A stretch of 64,000 nt of DNA, taken from the sequence record MN013077.1, one strand, 5' to 3'. The stretch is from Klebsiella phage vB_KaeM_KaOmega. The position numbers were made by a program, and so were the translations under genes. Below the pieces are notes generated by a model, which was given only the letters and a program-made list of their open reading frames with translations, did no database searches and had not been told where the DNA came from. Shown one piece after another: positions 19,515-29,408 of the stretch (within the stretch, counting starts at the first letter, position 1; the number at the start of each line of letters is the position of its first letter).

Positions 19515-19666
19515 AGCACACCCCGCGACACCAATCCACCGAAAGTCATCATGACGGCGATGAAGTTGACAGTGAATACTATCCGGCTCCAGATTCCATC
19601 CCCGAATACTTGGGGCCAGTACACTGCAATCAGCATAAAGGCACCATTGGTGACGAGGGCAAGCAT
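19512..19666 (-). CDS. small membrane protein (51 aa)
   Basis: Found by hand. ATG at 19666; stop overlaps the downstream start. Confidence 0.25.
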
Positions 19667-19679
19667 ATCAAAATGATCT

Positions 19680-20036
19680 TTACTCACGGTTAACTCCTTC
19701 CACAGAAATGACTACCAACACCCTCAAAGCACACAAAAGTAGTGCCAGTCCAAAAGTGGATACTACGGCAACAACCAACACAGGCAGCATGTATAAACAC
19801 CCTGTCATTATTGCCCCTGCCAGTGCCGCAATTACAAGCTCAGGGCCTTCGAGTTCAAAAGCTGCATCGCCATACTTTTTGTAGTCATTTCTCAGCATAA
19901 GGAACAGGAAAATAAACGACCAAACCACAATACTGGTCACAACCCAATTGGCGTTGCAAACTGGCTCGATAAATTCCATCCACTTATCAAAGATGACACC
20001 AAAAGCGTGGGTAATCCATTCAAACATAGCAATCAT
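19680..20036 (-). CDS. membrane protein (4 TM)
   Basis: 118-aa hydrophobic ORF. Confidence 0.45.
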   Translation of the reverse strand: MIAMFEWITHAFGVIFDKWMEFIEPVCNANWVVTSIVVWSFIFLFLMLRNDYKKYGDAAFELEGPELVIAALAGAIMTGCLYMLPVLVVAVVSTFGLALLLCALRVLVVISVEGVNRE

Positions 20037-20323
20037 GATCCGTATCTCACCTCATATAAAAACGTATCCAAGTCGGTCTTATCGTCCCAACCTTTAATTG
20101 ACAGCGGCATCAGGCAATTGGGATCAACCACCAACATATCCCCGGCCCGGTCAATGCTCTCCCACCACCCGAACTTATCTTTCTCGACAAGGAACACCAC
20201 CTTGCCTAAGAACTCCGGCTGACCGCCGTGAATAAGGGCGTAGCCACCTGAGAAGAGTTCCCCTTCCGGGGGTAGGCACTTGTCCTTCCGTTTCAAATCA
20301 CTCATTCTCATCCACCTCTGCAA
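20033..20323 (-). CDS. hypothetical protein
   Basis: 96-aa ORF. Confidence 0.4.
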   Translation of the reverse strand: MQRWMRMSDLKRKDKCLPPEGELFSGGYALIHGGQPEFLGKVVFLVEKDKFGWWESIDRAGDMLVVDPNCLMPLSIKGWDDKTDLDTFLYEVRYGS

Positions 20324-20492
20324 AAGTACCGAAGATCGAGTGCTTCGCCCCTACGAACGTCACGTCGCCGGGGAAACGCTCCACGTTCCAAGCCTTGCCA
20401 TTCGGGGCCGTGCCGAGGATTTTGTATTTCTTGCCCGAGGTAAATACTTCCTCAAACCCCTTGTTCACCCGGCAGCACATCAGCATTTTCAT
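20298..20492 (-). CDS. small protein
   Basis: 64-aa ORF. Confidence 0.35.
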   Translation of the reverse strand: MKMLMCCRVNKGFEEVFTSGKKYKILGTAPNGKAWNVERFPGDVTFVGAKHSIFGTFAEVDENE

Positions 20493-20695
20493 TTCTTTGC
20501 CTTCCTCTTTGATTGTGGTTCACATACTCGCGCCCGATAAGCGTTGTACTCAACATAGCGCCAAGTCTTCTTTAAGTGCTCTACCAGTTCCTTCAGGTTC
20601 TCTTCATCCCTAGCCCAGCCGCAGACATAGTAGCAGTCGCCGACTGACATTCGACACTTAACACTGTAATGGGTTTCAAAGCCCTTGTCAAGCAT
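20489..20695 (-). CDS. Cys-containing small basic protein
   Basis: 68-aa ORF. Confidence 0.4.
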   Translation of the reverse strand: MLDKGFETHYSVKCRMSVGDCYYVCGWARDEENLKELVEHLKKTWRYVEYNAYRARVCEPQSKRKAKK

Positions 20696-20870
20696 GATAT
20701 CTCCCCACTATCTCATCCCCAAGTCGGGCTGTCTGCTTAATTTCTTCGAGAATGTAAGAGGCGTGTTCCTTACTGATCGCCATAATGCTGAAGGAGAACT
20801 TCCGGCCCTCGACATCGTTCCACTCGATGGAGTATTCTTTCCACTCCCGACCATCCACGATAACACTCAT
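20688..20870 (-). CDS. small protein
   Basis: 60-aa ORF. Confidence 0.35.
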   Translation of the reverse strand: MSVIVDGREWKEYSIEWNDVEGRKFSFSIMAISKEHASYILEEIKQTARLGDEIVGRYHA

Positions 20871-21007
20871 TTGAGCATCTCCCCGATCATCAGCCCTGTT
20901 ATCATGATCTCTAATGCCCCGAGCATCATCACAATGATCCAGATAACCTCGTCAACAGGTCGCCGTCCGAAGCAATGCGCTATCAATGTTGCCAAGAAAG
21001 TGATCAT
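20868..21007 (-). CDS. small membrane protein (46 aa)
   Basis: Found by hand; ATGA overlaps on both sides. Confidence 0.25.
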
Positions 21008-21300
21008 AATCCCAGTTCCTCCGCAGAATAGATGTCGTTGCCCTCATAACCTTGGAACATGACCATTACCTTTTCACAGCGTCCCCTTTTGGACATAAGT
21101 CGGGGCTTCGGTGCGTTCACCAAGTAGACATCTTTGTTTACCGGGAAGAATTTTGGTTGCCCTTGGCCCGGGGTTGAGAACAAGACCTTACTGTTCTTTG
21201 GGATCTTTTTAACGACCTCGACTGACTGACCAACCATCGACTCAATACCCTCGCGTTCCGCAACAATGTCACGAACTACAGGGACCATTAATTTTACCAT
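21004..21300 (-). CDS. hypothetical protein
   Basis: 98-aa ORF. Confidence 0.4.
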   Translation of the reverse strand: MVKLMVPVVRDIVAEREGIESMVGQSVEVVKKIPKNSKVLFSTPGQGQPKFFPVNKDVYLVNAPKPRLMSKRGRCEKVMVMFQGYEGNDIYSAEELGL

Positions 21301-21355
21301 GATATCCTCCTCTTGATTAATACTTGAAGTCTACAGAAGTTATTGTGGGGTGTCA

Positions 21356-21388
21356 AACGAAAAAAGGCCCCCGAAGGGACCTTTTTAT
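21356..21388 (-). terminator. intrinsic terminator
   Basis: GGUCCC-uucg-GGGGCC stem with a G-U pair, then UUUUUUCGUUUG on the minus strand. Also T-rich on the plus strand. Confidence 0.5.
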
Positions 21389-21903
21389 TATTCTGCGGCG
21401 GCAGCTTGCTCTACTTCCGGCTCCGGGGTGAATACTCGGAACGATGTTTCTGTCTCAATAGAGAACTTGTCTTTGTGACGGCGCAAGAATGCGTACACAG
21501 GTTGGGCCGTGGTGTTGGCATAGGTAAGCATGTCCGCTGGCTGGAACTCCAACGCCGACCTGCCTGACTCCTGCACACGCTGGACCACATTCCTGACTTG
21601 AACGGTGATCACCTCGGCGATGAAATTACGCAGTTCTGTGGATGCAGTTCTGGTCCTGACGAACTCAGCCAAGTGTGGATACAGATACTGCGGGATCGTC
21701 CGGTCCAAAGGGAAGAACTTAGAGTCGTCGGTAACGGACTTAGAATAAGTCACTTCGACGGAATTTCCCAGTCCAGAAAGTAGTGCATTTTGGAAGCTCG
21801 TGGTTACCAACCCTGTAATATCCAAAACCTCGCTGTCCTTCATCGGGGGGATGTCGAAATCGTTACGTTGACCACCACGTTGACGTTCAATAATCATAAA
21901 CAC
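21388..21903 (-). CDS. hypothetical protein
   Basis: 171-aa ORF immediately downstream of the primase-helicase gene. Confidence 0.5.
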   Translation of the reverse strand: MFMIIERQRGGQRNDFDIPPMKDSEVLDITGLVTTSFQNALLSGLGNSVEVTYSKSVTDDSKFFPLDRTIPQYLYPHLAEFVRTRTASTELRNFIAEVITVQVRNVVQRVQESGRSALEFQPADMLTYANTTAQPVYAFLRRHKDKFSIETETSFRVFTPEPEVEQAAAAE

Positions 21904-21933
21904 CTCAAGTTAAATGGGGCCGAAGCCCCGTTA

Positions 21934-24006
21934 TCAGAACGGACACTCATCATCCATGTCATCTTCAGGCATGTCCGGAACATCCGGGATGTCTGGTATT
22001 GCAGAAGTTACTGGCTGAATAGGCTCGGGAGTTTCCTCCTTTACCTCTTCAACTGGTTCGTCCAGGTTCAGATTTTGCTGCTCAACCTGCTGTTCCTTGG
22101 CCTCTTCCTGTGCTGCCAAGAACTGCTCGTCCGCAGGAGGGATGTCATCATCCGTCAGGTCAGATCCGGTCTTATCTTGGTTCTCCGGGGACAGCGGTTG
22201 TGCTGCACTTCCCTTCGGCTCCTGATAAGAGTCGTTACTCGGATCATGTTCCGGGTGAACAGCATACCACTCACGAAGGGTCTCGTATGGACTGTCCAAG
22301 AACCCCTCTGGCGGCTCCAGATAATCACCTGTGTCGATGTCGTAGAACACCGGGAACTTACCCGCACGACCGTGCTTACGGTCATCCAACAGCACAAACC
22401 AAGAGGTGTTGCGCTGCTTCATTGGAAGCTCTGGGTCCTTATTACGCTCAATACCCACCATGTAGTAGGTGTTACGCATCATCGCACGGGAACCAGCAAA
22501 CTGTGCCGACTGAACCTGACCACCGAACTCGTGAGGCTTACCAGTCTCCGGCTTGTTCAGGTGACAGAAGCAACAATACCAGAAGCCCAGTTCCTTCGCA
22601 AGTTTGGAGATTTCATCAGAGAAACGCTCCAACTCTACGTTCGCTTCAGATGCAGACATACCCTGCACCAGACGAGTGATCGGGTCAATGAAGATGTCCT
22701 CACAACCCTCTACGATAACCGCATGGCGGATAGCACCCTTAACCTCGTCCCATACTGCACGACCGTAGTTATTATAGTAGATGATGTTGTCACCTACCTT
22801 GTCGGTCGCCTCAATCAGTTCTTCCTGTTTGAAGTAACCACGCTGACCCTCGAAGACTTCCTCACCCCAGATGTCCCGGTAAGTTCCGTCCTCTTGCGGG
22901 ATCATCACCTTCTCTGCGTTCACGAAATCCTTGTGGTACAGCTTACCAGCGACCTTCTTACACGTGATCTCGTTCTCTTCCTCGAACTTGAACACTGCGG
23001 CCTTACGGCCCTCTGTACCGATGATGTGTTCCACAAGCTGGTTAAGCCACTCGGACTTACCCATCTTAACCCCGGCACCGACGAACATACCTTCCCCGAG
23101 ACGACGGCCCAACGTCAGGCGCGTCATTGTAGGCCAAGGCCATTTCTTCCCGAGTTTAGGGATCTCGTGTGCCTTCTCACGGAACTGAGAGTAGGTCGCA
23201 AAGCCGTCCGGCACGTACTCTTTCGGCTTCATCGCTGCCCAGAAAAGCTGCTGCGCCAAGCCCTTATTGTACATGTCACAAGGGTCCATGTCTTCAGGGA
23301 TATCGACGACTTTCATCTGCGGGATGACAGAATACACTGCCGCCACGGCATCTTTGCCCTTCATGATACCCTTGGCTTTCTCAGTTTCGTTCGCCCGGTC
23401 GGCGTCGAAAGCCACAATGATCTCTTCGAACTTACTCAGGAGCTTATAGTTGTTCTTCTGAGACAGGTTCTGTACTGCGTTGGATGTGCCGTTGGAGATT
23501 GACACAACCGTGAAGTTAGGCTTACGGGCATTGCCGTCCTTCGATTTGTAGTTCTCGCGGAGAACCTGCCACAGAACCGCTGCGTCGTATTCACCTTCTG
23601 TGATGAAGATCATACGTTTGGACGATTTGTTGGCACCCTCCAGACCAAACAGATCACAGGCTACCGATTGGAAGCCGATGGTGCTGAAATGGCCCTTCTG
23701 CTGCTTAGGGATGGTCAGATCGCGCTTCTTAAAGCCGACGATCTTTCCTTCCAAAGTGTATGGAAAATAATGCGCTTCCGGCGTCATACCGTCCTTAGCA
23801 GACAGTTTTGTGCGAATACCGAAGCGTTCAGCCGTCTTCTCATCAATCCCGCGCTCTGGGATCGCCTTGAAGGGATACGTCTTTACATCTTCAACTGTCT
23901 CTTCAACTCGCTGCACACCGCCTCCAAAACCTCGGGTGGTTGACGCCTTCGGGTTGGTGTACCCCGTCTTATATCCACCGAACAACCCTTCACCAAATGT
24001 GCTCAC
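21934..24006 (-). CDS. T7 gp4-like bifunctional DNA primase/helicase (Toprim plus DnaB-like)
   Basis: Toprim motifs ITEGEYDAAV and AFDADRAGE. Walker A GAGVKMGKSEW and helicase motifs. No N-terminal zinc finger. GTG start at 24006 with GGGAGG RBS. Confidence 0.9.
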   Translation of the reverse strand: MSTFGEGLFGGYKTGYTNPKASTTRGFGGGVQRVEETVEDVKTYPFKAIPERGIDEKTAERFGIRTKLSAKDGMTPEAHYFPYTLEGKIVGFKKRDLTIPKQQKGHFSTIGFQSVACDLFGLEGANKSSKRMIFITEGEYDAAVLWQVLRENYKSKDGNARKPNFTVVSISNGTSNAVQNLSQKNNYKLLSKFEEIIVAFDADRANETEKAKGIMKGKDAVAAVYSVIPQMKVVDIPEDMDPCDMYNKGLAQQLFWAAMKPKEYVPDGFATYSQFREKAHEIPKLGKKWPWPTMTRLTLGRRLGEGMFVGAGVKMGKSEWLNQLVEHIIGTEGRKAAVFKFEEENEITCKKVAGKLYHKDFVNAEKVMIPQEDGTYRDIWGEEVFEGQRGYFKQEELIEATDKVGDNIIYYNNYGRAVWDEVKGAIRHAVIVEGCEDIFIDPITRLVQGMSASEANVELERFSDEISKLAKELGFWYCCFCHLNKPETGKPHEFGGQVQSAQFAGSRAMMRNTYYMVGIERNKDPELPMKQRNTSWFVLLDDRKHGRAGKFPVFYDIDTGDYLEPPEGFLDSPYETLREWYAVHPEHDPSNDSYQEPKGSAAQPLSPENQDKTGSDLTDDDIPPADEQFLAAQEEAKEQQVEQQNLNLDEPVEEVKEETPEPIQPVTSAIPDIPDVPDMPEDDMDDECPF

Positions 24007-24182
24007 TTCTTACCTCCCTTTTTCGGAGATTCAACCATTGTGGCAACATAAATCGTACTGCCATTAGGGTTAGTTCCAACAGAAACAGACCCTTGCAAGG
24101 TGTAGCCGTAATCCCTGATCCATTTTCGGATCTGGCGTTCTAACTCCACCGGGTGAGTATACACCAACAGTTTAACTTCCAT
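24006..24182 (-). CDS. small protein (58 aa)
   Basis: Found by hand. ATG at 24182; stop overlaps the GTG of the primase gene. Confidence 0.3.
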
Positions 24183-24457
24183 TAAAAACCCCCGTCTTCT
24201 TCCAAAAACGCACGTGACATTTCGGCATCACGAATTTGAGCCGAGATCTCAGCATAAATCACTTGACGGGGAATGTCAATGTCCAGCACATCACCTTCGA
24301 AGTAGACGGCGACCGAAATGATGTCAAGGTAATCCTCAGCATCCCAGTCGCTTGCGGCATTAGGAATGCCCTTATACAGCATCACTTCGGCTTCGACTAC
24401 AACTTCCTGACCGAAATCCTTGTGAAAATATGGGAACTCTACAGTTGTGCTACGCAT
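24182..24457 (-). CDS. hypothetical acidic protein
   Basis: 91-aa ORF. Confidence 0.45.
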   Translation of the reverse strand: MRSTTVEFPYFHKDFGQEVVVEAEVMLYKGIPNAASDWDAEDYLDIISVAVYFEGDVLDIDIPRQVIYAEISAQIRDAEMSRAFLEEDGGF

Positions 24458-24492
24458 GATAACTCCTTATTGATGATTTCTTAACTGATCTG

Positions 24493-24684
24493 TTACTTCT
24501 TACCGGAAATTTGGTCTTCTCTGACCTGTGTCTTGACTCCATCCGGCATTTCGACCAGATAAGCATTGCAGGTCAAGTATTCCTGTTGAAGCAGGACCTT
24601 ACCTTCCCCACGATAATCCCAGCGCTGATTGCCCTGGTCAAAGAGAACAACGTCGTTGATCTCATAAGCAAAAACAGATTTCAT
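24493..24684 (-). CDS. small protein
   Basis: 63-aa ORF. Confidence 0.35.
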   Translation of the reverse strand: MKSVFAYEINDVVLFDQGNQRWDYRGEGKVLLQQEYLTCNAYLVEMPDGVKTQVREDQISGKK

Positions 24685-24902
24685 CGGAACTCCACCGCAG
24701 ATACCTTTTCGAAGCCATCCTCTGCGAGATGCTTCTCAAACAGCTTCAGTAAACGTTCAGGGGTGGTGCAGGCGCTGCCCGGGTAAATGAGCCACATATA
24801 ACCCTCAGCACAGTTCAGGTTGATGGCGTAGCCCAGCCCTGCGGCCCGATCAAAATCCCCTTCGCCCTTCTTTACCAAACAACGAACATCATTCATTGTC
24901 AA
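24681..24902 (-). CDS. hypothetical protein
   Basis: 73-aa ORF. Confidence 0.4.
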   Translation of the reverse strand: MTMNDVRCLVKKGEGDFDRAAGLGYAINLNCAEGYMWLIYPGSACTTPERLLKLFEKHLAEDGFEKVSAVEFR

Positions 24903-25254
24903 TCACCCTCTTGATAACAACAGTCCCTTTCGGAACAGGGACATACCCCTCGCTCTGGAAATAATCTGAGCCAAATACCCACATAAATTCATGAACATCT
25001 ACGTGAGTAACTTGGTCACCCTCTACAACAAACACGTGTGCGGGGGCTTGATCAACACACGGCCCGATGTATCGGTCAATCACTTTGTTGAACGGCCCGA
25101 GGATTTCAAACTCCAGCAGAGGGAACCGTGAATCATATTCTGCCTTTACCTCGAAGAAGTCGTGAGGACTACTGTCCCACATGCTTGCATACTCAGCAAG
25201 AATCTGCTTGAGTTCCTCGGTAGAATATCCTTTCAGTTGGCGGATCTTCTTCAT
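24889..25254 (-). CDS. hypothetical protein
   Basis: Start re-picked at ATG 25254 to tile with the upstream gene. Confidence 0.4.
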   Translation of the reverse strand: MKKIRQLKGYSTEELKQILAEYASMWDSSPHDFFEVKAEYDSRFPLLEFEILGPFNKVIDRYIGPCVDQAPAHVFVVEGDQVTHVDVHEFMWVFGSDYFQSEGYVPVPKGTVVIKRVIDNE

Positions 25255-25520
25255 GTTGGCCTCGTGTGTGCGTGTTCCGGAACCAGATATTTGGAGATTA
25301 CTCTCCCCAGTTGGGTCCGGCACTGCTGGGTGGCACCATAGGTCTTCACTGTCTCCATGATGTCAGCCAACAATTTGTTGTACAAATCTGGACGGATTCG
25401 AGGAGTTTCACGCTCACACTGTAAAAGCTCATCAATCGCGCTCTCAGCGATTTCTGCCATTTGCTGGGCGTTTCCACGACATGCCTCGTCAAAACGCTCC
25501 CAGTGGCGATCTGCGGTCAT
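25251..25520 (-). CDS. hypothetical protein
   Basis: Start re-picked at ATG 25520. Confidence 0.4.
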   Translation of the reverse strand: MTADRHWERFDEACRGNAQQMAEIAESAIDELLQCERETPRIRPDLYNKLLADIMETVKTYGATQQCRTQLGRVISKYLVPEHAHTRPT

Positions 25521-25524
25521 TCTG

Positions 25525-25692
25525 ATCCTATTCTGCTGCTCGCTTCCCACGGATCTCGATCTCCAGCTTAATATTGATCAACATCTGTTCCAGATCTGCT
25601 TTTTGCTTCTCCACACGGCGAAGGTCATCCCGGCCCAGATCACGCAGTGCCAGCAGGTGGCTCATGGACAATTTGCTCAGGTCTTGGGTCAT
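25525..25692 (-). CDS. small coiled-coil protein (55 aa)
   Basis: Found by hand. ATG at 25692 in ATGA overlap with the upstream stop. Coordinates approximate. Confidence 0.25.
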
Positions 25693-25874
25693 GCTGTCAC
25701 CTCCAGCAGGTCTTCTTTAAAAAGTCCATCGCACAGGCTGTCTTCTTTGTTGAACCACTGACAGCCGTAATTGATTGGGCCAAAGATCCAACTGTTATCG
25801 TACACCTCGCATACGACCATCTTTGGCCCGCCCAGCTTGCATACGACTACATCGCCAACTTTAAATTTAGGCAT
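25689..25874 (-). CDS. small protein
   Basis: 61-aa ORF. Confidence 0.35.
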   Translation of the reverse strand: MPKFKVGDVVVCKLGGPKMVVCEVYDNSWIFGPINYGCQWFNKEDSLCDGLFKEDLLEVTA

Positions 25875-26184
25875 CGAGTGTCCCCATCAGTTGATCTCGG
25901 GAATATACCCGACCTTCCTTCTTATCTTGTTCAGATAAACCCACCAGTTCCTTCAGGGCCGCAGCCTCGCGCTTTGACACGTCAATAGCGAAACAACCCT
26001 CGCCCCGGCGAAGCTCGTCGGAATCGGAACGGTACATGGACCCGGTTTTACCGGAGAAGAAAACGGATTTCTCCGTCATCTTCGTAATCACCGCCATTTC
26101 GAATGGCTTGGCCCCGGCGTTACCCCGGGAAAAGGCGATGTGGTCACCCACACGCGCCTCGATTCCGAAACAATCTTTGATCAA
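25867..26184 (-). CDS. hypothetical protein
   Basis: 105-aa ORF. Confidence 0.45.
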   Translation of the reverse strand: MIKDCFGIEARVGDHIAFSRGNAGAKPFEMAVITKMTEKSVFFSGKTGSMYRSDSDELRRGEGCFAIDVSKREAAALKELVGLSEQDKKEGRVYSRDQLMGTLDA

Positions 26185-27542
26185 ACTTCACCTCCAAAAA
26201 TCTCAGGGAACGTTTCATGATAGAACTTACGGACACCTTGGTCAACAATGATGTCCTTCACACGCAGGCGCTTCATCAGGCGAAGACCTTCGGTGCTCGT
26301 TGCTCGGGACAGCATAACATAGGCTTGACCCGGCGTGAAGGTGCCAAAGCCTAAATCAATGTTCACTTTGCCCAGCGTCAGGCCCTGTGCTTTGTGTCCG
26401 GTGATAGCATACCCCAGTTTGAATGGGAACTGCAAGTATTTCCCGATCTCTTTGTCAACCAGTACGGTTTGCTTCTCCATCACCTTGACAGTCTGCTTGG
26501 TGCCGTCTTCCAGTTCGATCTCTTTTTCAACCTGAACCATCTTTTCTTCCGGGACCTGTGTCACGTTGGTCCACTCGTACTTGCCGATATGGATCGGCTT
26601 GCCGTCAATGTCCACGATGACGAAGGTCTTGGCGATTTTCTTAATGATCCCCACCGTACCGTTAACGTAATCTGGCTCCTTTTTCTTCTGGTCATTGTCG
26701 TTAACAACAATCATGACCTTCAGACCTTCTTTCAGGTTCAGAACTTCGTTGACCGGGCGCTCCGGGAACTCACCTGAGATCTTGGCTTCGAAAACATGAG
26801 GCTCTGCCTTGATCTTCTCGAACTCACGCTGGTTGATTTGCTCTGCCAGTTTGTTGGTGGTTGTCAGAGTGACAGCGCCTGGCAACGCCGGGCCGAAGCA
26901 CTTCTCGTTGAAGTAATCAACTGCCGCACCAACATTATTACCCACACGAATGTTGTTCAGGTGTTCAGCAAACACCGGATCGGTCTGTCGGTGGACCTTC
27001 GGCAGATACGCATTGGTGAAATTCAGTTCGTTCCAGATGTCGCAGCCGAACGGGATTTCATTCCCGTGCAGTTCACGGAACATTGCCGTCTCTTCACGCT
27101 TCAGTACAGGCTTGATCTGGAAGCCGTCGCCAAACATGATGACTTGAAGACCACCAAAAGGCTTATTTACCTTACGATGATAGCGCAGTTTCATGTCGAT
27201 CTCACGCAGCTTGTCACTGCGGGTCATAGAGATCTCGTCAAAGACGATAGCATCTAACGCATCTGACGCCATCAGCATCGCAGGCTTCTTAGACTTCGCT
27301 TTGTAGTCTTCCTTGGTTGTAACACCAAAGGTAAGGCCAAATGCCTTGTGGGTGGTAATGCCGTTAATATTCAGCGCCGCAATCCCGGTTGGTGCAACAA
27401 ACAGGAAGCTGTCGGCAAAGAACTCACGCAGAGTGGCGATCATCAAACTCTTGCCCGAACCGCCCGGGCCTGTGATGAACACGTTTTCACCCGCCATGAT
27501 GGCTCGCATTGCTTCTTCGTTACCAATTACTGTCTTACCCAT
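26181..27542 (-). CDS. Dda/RecD-like SF1B DNA helicase
   Basis: Walker A GPGGSGKS and Walker B VFDEISM. SF1 motifs throughout the 453 aa. Confidence 0.85.
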   Translation of the reverse strand: MGKTVIGNEEAMRAIMAGENVFITGPGGSGKSLMIATLREFFADSFLFVAPTGIAALNINGITTHKAFGLTFGVTTKEDYKAKSKKPAMLMASDALDAIVFDEISMTRSDKLREIDMKLRYHRKVNKPFGGLQVIMFGDGFQIKPVLKREETAMFRELHGNEIPFGCDIWNELNFTNAYLPKVHRQTDPVFAEHLNNIRVGNNVGAAVDYFNEKCFGPALPGAVTLTTTNKLAEQINQREFEKIKAEPHVFEAKISGEFPERPVNEVLNLKEGLKVMIVVNDNDQKKKEPDYVNGTVGIIKKIAKTFVIVDIDGKPIHIGKYEWTNVTQVPEEKMVQVEKEIELEDGTKQTVKVMEKQTVLVDKEIGKYLQFPFKLGYAITGHKAQGLTLGKVNIDLGFGTFTPGQAYVMLSRATSTEGLRLMKRLRVKDIIVDQGVRKFYHETFPEIFGGEV

Positions 27543-27727
27543 TACGCCTCTGCCTCAAATTTTGTGGTACTGATGATTTTGGCCTCAGCGATTTCAATGT
27601 CGGTGTGGCCTTTCTTCGCCAAACGGCTTGCTTTCAGCGTTGCCGCCTGCGGATCGTCAACCTTGGCGCGAACGCTCTGACCATAACCTGCATCAGATGA
27701 TACCAGATAAACAGACTTCTCTTCCAT
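27542..27727 (-). CDS. small protein
   Basis: 61-aa ORF; TAATG overlap with the helicase start. Confidence 0.35.
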   Translation of the reverse strand: MEEKSVYLVSSDAGYGQSVRAKVDDPQAATLKASRLAKKGHTDIEIAEAKIISTTKFEAEA

Positions 27728-27735
27728 AAAACCCC

Positions 27736-27924
27736 TTAATCATGAGTGATGAATGCCAAAATAACCAAAGACAGGAACATCATAGCCGCACCCCAAGCCA
27801 TTAGCCAAGGCACTTGGCTCCCAAACTGCGCCACCACTTCAGGAAAGAAATAATTAGCTCCCCAGCGGGCAGGGAACATCCAAACAGCCAAGAGCGTAAT
27901 GAACCAAATAAACAGATTTCTCAT
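27736..27924 (-). CDS. small membrane protein
   Basis: 62 aa with two TM helices. Confidence 0.35.
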   Translation of the reverse strand: MRNLFIWFITLLAVWMFPARWGANYFFPEVVAQFGSQVPWLMAWGAAMMFLSLVILAFITHD

Positions 27925-28454
27925 GTCGCCTTTTCCTCTTTTGGTTTATAAAACACATGATAGCCGATAGTGGCTGTCTTCGTAAAGAACTTTCTCCAAT
28001 AAGGCTTTACCTTCTTCGTATGGAAGTGGGTTGCGCCATGTGTTGGGTCGAGCTTGTTATACAATACATCATTGTTCCGGATCTTGTAAAGGAATTTCGC
28101 AATATCCTGTGCAACCATCCAAGACTCTTTATCACGGACGGCGTACCCGCTACGGATCATCGTCCAAGAGAATTGAGAGGATTGATACACGACCTTCCTC
28201 ACTGACTCCGGGTAACCGTCATGTTTCAACCTGTTCAGAGTAACAAATCCAACCGCCATCTGTCCACTGATATTTTCCCCACGTGACTCGAAATAAATGT
28301 TGCAGGCCAAAGCATTGACCGACGAGTCATTCTTTTTGCACACATGAACAACCGGGGCGAGCTTTTTCTTCGGTGTATTCTCTTTAGCTAAGGCGGATGC
28401 CGGGGCTAAAGAAAGTACGCTGGCTGCAATGAGGGCAGCGGTGCTCTTTCTCAT
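27921..28454 (-). CDS. secreted cell-wall hydrolase (SleB/Hydrolase_2-like)
   Basis: ATG at 28454 with AGGAG RBS. Signal peptide MRKSTAALIAASVLSLAPASALA. Motif ALACNIYFESRGE...GQMAVGFVTLNR matches the SleB family. Confidence 0.55.
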   Translation of the reverse strand: MRKSTAALIAASVLSLAPASALAKENTPKKKLAPVVHVCKKNDSSVNALACNIYFESRGENISGQMAVGFVTLNRLKHDGYPESVRKVVYQSSQFSWTMIRSGYAVRDKESWMVAQDIAKFLYKIRNNDVLYNKLDPTHGATHFHTKKVKPYWRKFFTKTATIGYHVFYKPKEEKAT

Positions 28455-28503
28455 ACAAACTCCTAAATAAGAAAGGCCCAGTTTATCACTGAGCCTTTGG
28501 AAG

Positions 28504-28905
28504 TCAAGCCTTTTTGGAGGCTTGAGCGAGGACGCCCTTCTTAACATCTTCCCAAAGGGAATTGAGGAAAGGGTCGTTCTTGATCACATCCGGATACCAA
28601 GGCCCGTAGATACGGTATACGGAATCCACAGTGATCGCATACAACTGCCCGCCATTAACTGCGAGGCCAGTTACGTAGCCCGTTCGGACTTGGGTGCCAT
28701 CTTTGCCAGTCTTCCGGCGCTTCGCCTCATTGAACTCGATATAGCCCGTCAATGTAACGATCTTCTCGGGGACTTGCAGGTCGGGCAGCTTTTCATGATT
28801 GATTAGCTGATTACCGGACTTGCTGCCCTCCAGGCAAAGATTACCCCCGTACTTCTTGCCGTACTTCCTGGCAAACTCAGCCATTTTAGTCGTGGACAAT
28901 TTCAC
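28504..28905 (-). CDS. hypothetical protein
   Basis: 133-aa ORF; start uncertain. Confidence 0.4.
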   Translation of the reverse strand: MKLSTTKMAEFARKYGKKYGGNLCLEGSKSGNQLINHEKLPDLQVPEKIVTLTGYIEFNEAKRRKTGKDGTQVRTGYVTGLAVNGGQLYAITVDSVYRIYGPWYPDVIKNDPFLNSLWEDVKKGVLAQASKKA

Positions 28906-29407
28906 TCTCCTTCAGAACATAGATGGTCACATCGAAGTCTCGCAGGCGACCCTCGATCATCCGGGAGATGATACCCCAATCACCCCCGGCAAGTCCAGCC
29001 CCGATTTTAGGCAGACCGATCTTCAGATCGTGGGTTGGCATGTCAAGAATACGACACTTGGCATGAAGAGACACCGCCATCGCTGACAGCGCCGAACGCA
29101 GTGCCCAGTAATCGAGGTCCATCTTACCCTCTTTGCGACCCGTGAAGGTGTACTGGCTGTACAGGTTGTACACCAGCAGACCATTCTCGGAGAACGCGCA
29201 GGATAATGTCCCCAACTTTGCCTTATCTCCCCGTACTGTCATCTGGTCCGCCGTCCATGCCTCTGGGAACGCCTCGGCTATCTTCGGGGCAATACCAGAC
29301 TTCATTGTATTCATGCAGTTGCAGCCGTGGGCGATGACATTCACCTCCCCGGCCTTTGCAGCCGTGATCAGGTTGCCTACCTTGTACCGTATTTTACCAC
29401 ATGGCAT
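28886..29407 (-). CDS. possible macro-domain-like (ADP-ribose binding/processing) protein
   Basis: Start re-picked at ATG 29407. Segment VNVIAHGCNCMNTMKSGIAPKIAEAF resembles the macro-domain glycine-rich ligand loop. Motif-level evidence only. Confidence 0.3.
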   Translation of the reverse strand: MPCGKIRYKVGNLITAAKAGEVNVIAHGCNCMNTMKSGIAPKIAEAFPEAWTADQMTVRGDKAKLGTLSCAFSENGLLVYNLYSQYTFTGRKEGKMDLDYWALRSALSAMAVSLHAKCRILDMPTHDLKIGLPKIGAGLAGGDWGIISRMIEGRLRDFDVTIYVLKESEIVHD

Positions 29408-29408
29408 C

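Noticed and set aside
21790-23502. 570-aa plus-strand ORF
   Set aside because: It is antisense to the primase-helicase gene, has no RBS and has Leu/Arg-rich shadow composition.
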